From Candidatus Omnitrophota bacterium (GTDB taxonomy: Bacteria > Omnitrophota > Gorgyraeia > Tantalellales > Tantalellaceae): 63,832 bases of DNA. Numbering within the stretch: the first letter of the stretch is position 1; each line of letters opens with the position of its first letter. Made by a program: the position numbers and the translations under genes. The notes below the pieces were generated by a model. It was given only the letters and a program-made list of their open reading frames with translations. It was not told the DNA's origin and made no database searches. The stretch is from positions 1,651 to 65,482 of the forward strand of contig JADGBR010000017.1 of assembly GCA_015231405.1 (NCBI GenBank), read 5' to 3'. Below, in pieces: positions 42,979 through 50,567 of the stretch.

Positions 42979-45006
42979 CTAACTACTTACTGCTTTCTGT
43001 CCTGCCCCCAAAGGAACTTCTATGAAAAACTCCGAGCCTTCACCGAGCGCGGACTTGAGCCATATCCTGCCGCCCATGTTCTCGACTATCTTCTTGACCG
43101 ATGTGAGCCCCACGCCCGTACCTTCCTCCGCGCCGCTTTCCTTCCCGACCCTGAAGAATACCTCGAATATCTTTTCATGGAATTTCGGGTCTATCCCGAT
43201 GCCGTTATCTTTTACGCCGAACCTGATCACATCGGGCCCGACGTCGTCCGAGGAAAGCTCTATCCGTTTATTTTTCCCTGGACCTATGTACTTTATCGCG
43301 TTCCCTATCAGGTTATCGAAGATCTGCTTTACCCTGTTAGGATCGGCCCTGAACACTCCTTTTCCGGACACCTTGACGGTCAAATCTATATTTTTCGCCT
43401 TCATTATTTCCTTGAGCGCCTCTTTGATATCGCCGAAAAAGCTCCTCATGTCTATGTCGGCCGCTTCGCCGGTTATACGGCCTATCCGGGACAGCTCAAG
43501 AAGATCGTTTATGAGCTTATTCATTTTCCTGATGTTGGAACGCATCCTCTCGAAATAATGCGTGCTTTTCTCGCTCAGGGTCCCCTTTAACTCCTCGAGG
43601 ACAAGGTTGATAAAACCCTGTATGGCGAATAGCGGAGATTTAAGGTCATGCGATACCGTGTAGAGGAACGACTCCATTTCCAGGTTCTTGTCGATTATCT
43701 CCTTCTCCATCTTCATCCGTTTGTCCGATTCCTGTTTGAGGCTGGCCGCCATCCTGTCGAAAGAATCGGACAGGGTCCCCATCTCGTCCCCCGACCTGTA
43801 CCCGGTCCGGTATCCGAGGTTGCCGCGTCCCAGCTCCTTTATCCCGGAGATCACGATCTTAAGAGGCCGTAGCACCAGTAGCCACACAATGAGCGGGAGC
43901 GCTATCATGAGAAACCCCGCTATGAAGACCGCCAGAAGCAGGAAAGTCCTCATCATCTCGGGCATGAATTTGAGTATTTCCATCTCGGGTATGACCATTC
44001 CGAAATACCAGTTCAGAAAATTAATTTGGTACGTGATGAGATAGTAATTACCTCCGTTCCTCGAAAAAAGCACGGGCTTAGAGTACCTGTCCTTGATAAC
44101 GGCCGTTATGGCTTCTTTCAGGCCCTTTTCCTTAAGCTCCTTGAAATTCAGGTACTCGCCCATATCGGCTTTCTGGACGAGCTTTTCCAGATATCCGGGG
44201 TGGACGATGATATTCTCGTCGCTGTCGAAAATGAAGCCGTACCCGGTGCGGAAGTACCTTTTATTGAGGACCCTGTTGTAAATATCATCGAGAATAACGT
44301 CGTGCCCGACTACCCCGAAGAATTTCGTGCCCATATACATGGGAACTATAACGCTCGTCATCCAGTGGCCCCAGATCGAATTGTAATACGCCGGCGTCCA
44401 CACGGGTTTCTTGGCGCGGTCATGCCTGGGATCGCCGGAATAAAATGAAAAATCGCTGTTAAAGTCGTGGCTGGCCTCTATCTCCACAGCCCAGTCTTTC
44501 TCGTAAGTCCTTAGGAGCTGGTGCCATGTTATGAGGTACATGTTGTAGACGGTCCCCATGACGCCTTTGGCGTAATCGTCGAACCCGTTCTCGGTGAGTA
44601 GAATGATCTTTTTTATCTCGTCGTCAAGCGGAACAAGGTTCGACAGAAAAACGGCCGAAACGTCTTTGTCCGGGAAAGCCCCGAGATCTGTCCGCACGGC
44701 TCCGTCTATCACCCTGTACCTGGAGTCAAAACCGTCAAGCCCCTGACGTGATATCTTATCTTCCGATAAAAGGTTTTTAACGAACCTTACCGACCTTAGC
44801 CCTACCCGTTCCCTTTCCTTGAAGAACCTTTCGATCCACTGCCCCTCGAGCTTGGTAGCCGATATGGCGTTATCGAGTGCGTTCTCCACAAAGAACTGCC
44901 TGATCACGTTCCTGCCGGCGTAATAGGATAGATAGAACGCCGTAATGAGGACTAACAGGAGAGTGCCTATAATTTTCCGGGTAAGGCTCAGATGGATCTT
45001 CACCAT
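42979..45006 (-). CDS. dCache-HAMP sensor histidine kinase
   Basis: 675 aa. TM, large periplasmic Cache-like domain, TM, HAMP (GNLGYRTGYRSGDEMGTLSDSFDRMAASL), HisKA (SHDLKSPL), HATPase_c (GTGVGLTSVKKIVE). Confidence 0.88.
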   Translation of the reverse strand: MVKIHLSLTRKIIGTLLLVLITAFYLSYYAGRNVIRQFFVENALDNAISATKLEGQWIERFFKERERVGLRSVRFVKNLLSEDKISRQGLDGFDSRYRVIDGAVRTDLGAFPDKDVSAVFLSNLVPLDDEIKKIILLTENGFDDYAKGVMGTVYNMYLITWHQLLRTYEKDWAVEIEASHDFNSDFSFYSGDPRHDRAKKPVWTPAYYNSIWGHWMTSVIVPMYMGTKFFGVVGHDVILDDIYNRVLNKRYFRTGYGFIFDSDENIIVHPGYLEKLVQKADMGEYLNFKELKEKGLKEAITAVIKDRYSKPVLFSRNGGNYYLITYQINFLNWYFGMVIPEMEILKFMPEMMRTFLLLAVFIAGFLMIALPLIVWLLVLRPLKIVISGIKELGRGNLGYRTGYRSGDEMGTLSDSFDRMAASLKQESDKRMKMEKEIIDKNLEMESFLYTVSHDLKSPLFAIQGFINLVLEELKGTLSEKSTHYFERMRSNIRKMNKLINDLLELSRIGRITGEAADIDMRSFFGDIKEALKEIMKAKNIDLTVKVSGKGVFRADPNRVKQIFDNLIGNAIKYIGPGKNKRIELSSDDVGPDVIRFGVKDNGIGIDPKFHEKIFEVFFRVGKESGAEEGTGVGLTSVKKIVENMGGRIWLKSALGEGSEFFIEVPLGAGQKAVSS

Positions 45007-45035
45007 TCTCCCTCAGGAACTCGGAATCTATAAAA

Positions 45036-45995
45036 TCACGCGCCGTATTCCGACAAACGTTTTATTCTTTTCAGCATATTGGGATGAGTGCTGAGAACTT
45101 CCATAAGCTTATCGCCGAAACCGAGAGTCACATTTTTCCGGCGCAGCTGGTCAAGCTCCGCGGTGTCGATCGTTCCGCTTTTGTCCAGGTCGAGGTACCT
45201 CAGCTCTTTTATCTCAGATTGAGCCCTCGACGGGTCGTTCGCGAAGAAGGCTTTCATGCCCTCGACGTCCTTGATCTTTTCCCTGTCCATCCTGGCCGCG
45301 CCGTAAACCAGTTTGTAAAGCGCCGACGCGAGGGCGCTCGGCTTATTCCCCAGCTCGACGGAGCCCTTATCGGCGAAATACTCGCGTATGCGCGAACCGT
45401 AGAGGACCAGAATATTCGTCAAAAAATAGAAAAGGAACGCCGCTATACCTATGACAGCCGTATTCCCCCCTCCCTCCCTCCTGCGGTCCCCGCCGTACCA
45501 GAGAAAATGCCAGGCTATCCGGTAGAGGATCATGGGTATCACGGAAAGGAGCGTTATGGTAAGGACGTCCCTGTTCTTTATATGCGAGATCTCGTGCCCC
45601 AAGACGGCAGCAAGCTCTTCTTGGCTCAATAGGCCCATTATGCCGGTCGTTACGCATACCCTCCCGTCCCCGAGGCCCCGCCCAAAAGCGAAAGCGTTCG
45701 GCAGGCTCATCTCGGCTATGCCCACCCTCGGTACCGGTATCCCGGCCCTCGCGGCGAGGGACTCGACCACGCGGTGAAGCTCGGGATACTCGTTCTTCCC
45801 GACATATTTGACCCGCATCGACCATTCGACGAGCTTAGGCCCGATCATGTACTGTATGGCCATCATTCCCAGCGACAGAAGAATATAAAAATAAAAATTG
45901 GCGACCCCGAAATAGGCCCCGATCATAGAGAACACCGCGTAGATGATCGCGAATAAAATCGAAAGCAGTAAATACATCCGTATCTTGAGCGACAT
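45036..45995 (-). CDS. htpX: HtpX-like M48 zinc metalloprotease with an inserted EF-hand-like loop
   Basis: 319 aa. TM helices, HEISHIKNRD (HExxH), C-terminal STHPNMLKRI. The DLDKSGTIDTAE loop is at 45156..45191. Confidence 0.8.
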   Translation of the reverse strand: MSLKIRMYLLLSILFAIIYAVFSMIGAYFGVANFYFYILLSLGMMAIQYMIGPKLVEWSMRVKYVGKNEYPELHRVVESLAARAGIPVPRVGIAEMSLPNAFAFGRGLGDGRVCVTTGIMGLLSQEELAAVLGHEISHIKNRDVLTITLLSVIPMILYRIAWHFLWYGGDRRREGGGNTAVIGIAAFLFYFLTNILVLYGSRIREYFADKGSVELGNKPSALASALYKLVYGAARMDREKIKDVEGMKAFFANDPSRAQSEIKELRYLDLDKSGTIDTAELDQLRRKNVTLGFGDKLMEVLSTHPNMLKRIKRLSEYGA

Positions 45996-46070
45996 TTGTT
46001 CCTCCTTGGTTCGATAATATTTTAATCGGTTGGTGCTTTAAACACAAGGGTATTCGGTTCGATGGGCGGA

Positions 46071-46168
46071 CCAATGGGACCATGGACTATGGACCATAGA
46101 CTATAGACCTTCAAAGCAATAGCCATTCCATTCAACAAGGTCCATGGTCTATGGTCCATGGTCTATAG
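46071..46168. repeat. Inverted pair of heptamer arrays (TCYATGG family) in a divergent promoter region
   Basis: Left: CCATGGA CTATGGA CCATAGA CTATAGA (46080-46107, plus degenerate units from 46071). Right: TCCATGG TCTATGG TCCATGG TCTATAG (46141-46168). Confidence 0.85.
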
Positions 46169-46216
46169 TCCAACTTCATTTCCCTTTTCCCCACTGAGAT
46201 GCTATAATCGTCCTAA

Positions 46217-48139
46217 ATGAAACTCGATCCTTTCCAGGAACAGGCGATAGAATACATCAATAAGGGGTTTTCCGTGCTTGTCTCCGCTCCTACGGGAGCG
46301 GGAAAAACGGTCATCGCGGAACATGTCATAAACGACTCGCTCGCGAAAGGGGTGAAGGTCGTATACACAGCGCCCATTAAAGCTCTTTCGAACCAGAAAT
46401 TCCGTGACTTCCAGGGGATATACGGGGATAAGATCGGGATATTGACCGGAGACGTCAGCATCAACCCGCACGCGCCTGTACTCATAATGACCACGGAAAT
46501 ATTCCGCAATAAGGTCCTTTCGGAAAAGCCGGAGCTCGAAGGCTACTCATGGGTGATATTCGACGAGATACATTACCTCGACGACTATGAGCGCGGCACG
46601 GTTTGGGAAGAGTCGCTTATTTTCCTCCCGGACCATATGAAACTCCTCGGCCTCTCAGCAACGGTCCCGAACATAGAACAATTCGCCGAGTGGATAAGCT
46701 CCATCCACTCGAAACACATGAAAGTGGTCGTCGAAAAAACGAGGCCCGTGCCGTTGTCTTTTCTTTTCCAGCACAATAACAGGATCGTCGACAATTTCAG
46801 GAAGATACGCCCCGAGGTCAGGAAAAACTATTATCACAAGGGTCGCCCCCGAAGGATGATGACGGACGAGAACACGAAACCCAACAAGCTCTCGACGCTC
46901 ATAACCGAGCTCGACGAGAACAACAGGCTCCCATCGATATATTTCGTTTTCAGCCGCAAACGCTGCGAGATACTCGCCGACGAGATATCGTGTTTCGATT
47001 TTCTCGACGAAGCAGAAAAGGACGAGATCGTCTCGCTTTTTGACCGGCTATGCGAGCGTTTCTCGCTCACGGGAGAGAAAAGCGCCGAGAACCTGAGACC
47101 GCTTGTCAGAAGAGGCATAGCGTATCACCATGCCGGAATGCTCCCGACCTTAAAGGAGGTCGTGGAAAGGCTTTTCACGAGCAGGCTCATTAAAATGATA
47201 TTCACTACAGAGACTTTCGCTCTTGGGATAAACATGCCCGCGCGCACCGTCGTTTTCGACGAGCTCAGAAAATATTACGGGAGCAGTTTCGCCACGCTTA
47301 AAACACGCGATTTTTACCAGATGGCCGGACGGGCCGGAAGGCGCGGCATAGATACCGCGGGTTTCGTTTACAGCCGGGTCAATACCCGATACACCAACCC
47401 CGGCGAACTTAAAAGGATGATCTACGGCGATCCGGAGAACGTATCCTCGAGGTTCAACGCCTCATACGCGACCATACTCAACCTTTACTCGAGATTCGGC
47501 GAGAACCTGTACGATATCTACCCCAGGTCTTTCCACTGGTTCCAGGTCGAGAAAAACCGCCGGGCAAAGGCCCTACAACAGATGCGGAACAAGGTAGCTC
47601 TTCTGGCGTCGCTAGGTTACATCGACGATAAAGGCCTTACCGGAAAAGGGATTTTCGCCGGGAAACTTTACGGATACGAGCTTTCGCTGACCGAGCTTTA
47701 CGAAAAAGCCCATCTTGACGCCCTGTCGGCGCTCGAGCTAGGAGTACTGATAACGGCGCTGGTATTCGAGCCGAGGAAAACAGCCGAACCCCCGAAGCTG
47801 ACGAGGACCGCCAAATATCTGAGAGACATCACCGATAGAACCGTCGCGGAGATACACCGGCAGGAGAAAAAATGCGGCCTCTGGGATAACAGCAAAGAAT
47901 ACGCCTACAACCTCTCGTCTGCGGTTGAAGGGTGGATGCGAAATGAGCCTTTCGAAAAAATACTCGAGGCCACCGACGCCGACGAAGGCGAGATAATAAG
48001 ATATTTCAGGATGTCGCTCCAGATATTCCGCGAGATCCTGGACACGAACGCCCCCGCCCCGCTGAAACACAAGATCAAGGAAGCCATCACTCTCATCAAC
48101 CGCGATGTGGTCGACGCGGAAAAGCAGCTTCGCGAATAA
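46217..48139 (+). CDS. Ski2-like DEAD/DEAH-box helicase
   Basis: 640 aa. Motif I is APTGAGKT, motif II is DEIHYL, then SAT, HHAGMLP, and QMAGRAGRRG (motif VI). Confidence 0.85.
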   Translation: MKLDPFQEQAIEYINKGFSVLVSAPTGAGKTVIAEHVINDSLAKGVKVVYTAPIKALSNQKFRDFQGIYGDKIGILTGDVSINPHAPVLIMTTEIFRNKVLSEKPELEGYSWVIFDEIHYLDDYERGTVWEESLIFLPDHMKLLGLSATVPNIEQFAEWISSIHSKHMKVVVEKTRPVPLSFLFQHNNRIVDNFRKIRPEVRKNYYHKGRPRRMMTDENTKPNKLSTLITELDENNRLPSIYFVFSRKRCEILADEISCFDFLDEAEKDEIVSLFDRLCERFSLTGEKSAENLRPLVRRGIAYHHAGMLPTLKEVVERLFTSRLIKMIFTTETFALGINMPARTVVFDELRKYYGSSFATLKTRDFYQMAGRAGRRGIDTAGFVYSRVNTRYTNPGELKRMIYGDPENVSSRFNASYATILNLYSRFGENLYDIYPRSFHWFQVEKNRRAKALQQMRNKVALLASLGYIDDKGLTGKGIFAGKLYGYELSLTELYEKAHLDALSALELGVLITALVFEPRKTAEPPKLTRTAKYLRDITDRTVAEIHRQEKKCGLWDNSKEYAYNLSSAVEGWMRNEPFEKILEATDADEGEIIRYFRMSLQIFREILDTNAPAPLKHKIKEAITLINRDVVDAEKQLRE

Positions 48140-48193
48140 TCAGTGCACGGGTTTAGTTTGGCGCGCGGGTACATATGGGTCGAACACCCGGTT

Positions 48194-49702
48194 TCACTTC
48201 CAGGAATTACGGCGGGCAATAGCGTGGTCGTAGACGCGCTCGTATTTTTTGGCGGCCTTTTCCCAGGTATAATCCTCGTGCATGGCCTGCATGCGGAGTT
48301 TGGCGATGTGGTGTGGCCTGTCGTAGTAGGTGCTGACCGCCCAGCCGACCGTGTAGTATATCGATATGGGGTCCGGCGAATAGAACGCGAAGCCCGTGCC
48401 TGAGCCGGTGGCTTCGTCATAATTGAAGACCGTGTCGCGGAGCCCGCCGATCGACCTCACTATCGGAAGAGTCCCGTATTTCATGCTGTAGATCTGGCTG
48501 AGGCCGCAGGGCTCGTAAAGCGACGGCATTAGAAAGAAGTCCGCTCCGGCCTCGATCAAATGAGCTTTCCTGTTCTCGTACCCTATCCAGGTGCCGATGA
48601 CGCCGGGATATTCGGCGGGTAGCCCGCCGAAGAAATCCTCTTGGGATTTTTCGCCGCTGCCCACTATCGCGAATTGTACCATCATGTTATTGACGATGGA
48701 TCTTATGATAGGCGCCACGTGCTGGAATCCTTTCTGCTCGGCGAAACGCGTGATTATACCTATAACGGGGATATCGGTCCTTTCCTTGAGAAGGAACTCC
48801 TTCTGAAGAGCTCTCTTACATATGGATTTCCCGGAAATATCCGAAATGCTGTAATTCGCGGGTATAAGCTTATCTTTAGCCGGGTCCCAATGGTCATAAT
48901 CGGCGCCGTTCAGGATCCCGTAAAAGTCGTCCCTCCGACGCTCAAGATATGGCGCGAGACCTTTGGCGCCGTCAGGGGTTAAGAGCTCGTCCCTATAGGA
49001 ATCGCTGACGGTGGTGACATTGTCGGCATAGAATATTGCCCCTTTCATAAAATGCATCTTCTCGTAGCTCTCGAATTTCGGTTCGGTAAAATTCTCGGCG
49101 CCGAGGCCCATGAAAGGATAGAATTCCATGGGGAAAACCCCCTGGTATCCGATATTGTGTATCGTGAAAACGGAAGCGGTGTTAGCGAAAAACGGGTCAT
49201 AAAGGTATTTTATCTTAAGATAGCCCGGGATGAGCCCGGTCTGCCAGTCGTTGCAATGGACTACATCCGGCTGGAAACCGATATCCTTCGCGAGCTGGAG
49301 CGCGGCGTGGCAAAAGAACCCGAACCGCTCGGCATTGTCGAAGAATTCGTCGATACCGTCATCGTAATATCCGGCCCGGCCGAAATAACCCTCATGCTCT
49401 ATAAAATACACGGGAACGCCTTCTAGCTCGCCCTCGAGTACCTCGCACCAGACCGTGCCTAACCCCATCTGTACGCCCATGGGAGATACGGCCTTTTTCG
49501 GGGCATGCTGTGATTTATTGATGTTCCAATAGCGAGGAAGGACGAGTCTCACGTCATGGCCCATTTTCTTAAGGACCTTCGGGAGCGCGCCGCAGACGTC
49601 GCCCATGCCTCCGGTCTTGGCGAAAGGAACCGCTTCTGAAGCGACAAAAAGTATCTTTTTTTTTGTATTGGTTTTCTTTTTCCCGGGCATGGCGTTTATC
49701 AT
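48194..49702 (-). CDS. glgA: Glycogen/starch synthase (ADP-glucose type, GT5)
   Basis: 502 aa. ILFVASEAVPFAKTGGMGDVCGALPKVL (KTGGL-like motif), HCNDWQTGL, PSLYEPCGLSQIYSMKYGTLPIV. Confidence 0.92.
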   Translation of the reverse strand: MINAMPGKKKTNTKKKILFVASEAVPFAKTGGMGDVCGALPKVLKKMGHDVRLVLPRYWNINKSQHAPKKAVSPMGVQMGLGTVWCEVLEGELEGVPVYFIEHEGYFGRAGYYDDGIDEFFDNAERFGFFCHAALQLAKDIGFQPDVVHCNDWQTGLIPGYLKIKYLYDPFFANTASVFTIHNIGYQGVFPMEFYPFMGLGAENFTEPKFESYEKMHFMKGAIFYADNVTTVSDSYRDELLTPDGAKGLAPYLERRRDDFYGILNGADYDHWDPAKDKLIPANYSISDISGKSICKRALQKEFLLKERTDIPVIGIITRFAEQKGFQHVAPIIRSIVNNMMVQFAIVGSGEKSQEDFFGGLPAEYPGVIGTWIGYENRKAHLIEAGADFFLMPSLYEPCGLSQIYSMKYGTLPIVRSIGGLRDTVFNYDEATGSGTGFAFYSPDPISIYYTVGWAVSTYYDRPHHIAKLRMQAMHEDYTWEKAAKKYERVYDHAIARRNSWK

Positions 49703-49799
49703 TATATAGCTTCGGGAATTGCGTGTCCAGATTTAGATTATGCGGAATTGTGTAATAAACATGCTGCCTTCCAAAGTGTCCATTGCTTCTCTTGCCGAT

Positions 49800-49953
49800 G
49801 GCGTGAAGGAGATGGGAACCTTCTACCGGCACCTTGCAAACTTCTAGTTCGGTTTGTGTCCTGCACTGTGTTATTTGCAAGGTCCACGCACAAGGCTACT
49901 TTGGGCGGTGGGACGGCAAGGTGCCGTGCGAAGAACCCCATCTCCTTCACGCC
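49800..49953 (+). repeat. Long-hairpin structured element, copy C (candidate ncRNA or MITE)
   Basis: 154 nt. The first 48 nt match copy B at 47 of 48 positions and the last 47 nt at 45 of 47. Conserved flanks extend to about 49779..49980. Confidence 0.8.
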
Positions 49954-50008
49954 CTCACCCCTCGCGCAAAAACCTGAAAATTCCCGGAACTGATCCATGC
50001 CGTGGAAC

Positions 50009-50029
50009 GTCCTACATCCTACGTCCTAC
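50009..50029 (+). repeat. Heptamer tandem array (RTCCTAC)x3
   Basis: GTCCTAC ATCCTAC GTCCTAC, just downstream of the PilZ gene stop. Confidence 0.7.
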
Positions 50030-50035
50030 GGGACC

Positions 50036-50380
50036 TCAATGCTTGTCTACGTACTTACGAATAACCGCCGTCTGCCACGCGGATAGGGATATGAACTGGA
50101 GGCCTACGAGGAATTCGCCCGGGGAATCGCGGTTCGGTTCGCACCATATAGCTTCGGCGAATATTTCGACCTCGATATCGGCTTCGGGCAATGTCAGTTT
50201 GACCAGGAGTTTCTGGCCGGTGATAAGACATCTGGGTGAAACTAGTTTAAGCCCGCCTTCCGAGATATCGACGCTTTTCAAGCCCCGGATAGTTATTGCG
50301 AGATCTTTCCCCTGGAAAGTGACGCTCTCAGTCTCGCAAGGCGCCCTCTTGTACTTACGTTTTTCCGTATAGTTATCCAT
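50036..50380 (-). CDS. PilZ-domain (c-di-GMP binding) protein
   Basis: 114 aa. The RxxxR-like motif is EKRKYKRAP and the D/NxSxxG motif is DISEGGLKL. Confidence 0.7.
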   Translation of the reverse strand: MDNYTEKRKYKRAPCETESVTFQGKDLAITIRGLKSVDISEGGLKLVSPRCLITGQKLLVKLTLPEADIEVEIFAEAIWCEPNRDSPGEFLVGLQFISLSAWQTAVIRKYVDKH

Positions 50381-50394
50381 GCGACCCTCAGAAT

Positions 50395-50566
50395 AGTAGG
50401 TAGTAAGAAGTATGCAGTAAGCAGTGGGTTAGGCCTACCCGTCATTTTTCCCGCAAACTCCCTACTTACTTAAATCTCTCTGCCTACTGCTTACTTCTTA
50501 CTCCCTACTTTTCCTAAATCCCACATCATACATTAACGTAACACGTGACACATGACACGTGACACG
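50395..50566. repeat. Composite spacer made of three heptamer arrays (AGTARGN, its inverse NCYTACT, and ACRTGAC)
   Basis: AGTAGGT AGTAAGA AGTATGC AGTAAGC AGTGGGT (50395-50429). CCCTACT TACTTAA ... TGCCTAC TGCTTAC TTCTTAC TCCCTAC (50460-50508). ACGTAAC ACGTGAC ACATGAC ACGTGAC (50536-50563). Confidence 0.85.
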
Positions 50567-50567
50567 A

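Noticed and set aside
47905-48420. 171-aa minus-strand ORF spanning the convergent ends of the helicase and glgA genes.
   Set aside because: It overlaps both real genes out of frame, gives an Arg/Ser/Thr/Pro-rich translation, and has no start context.
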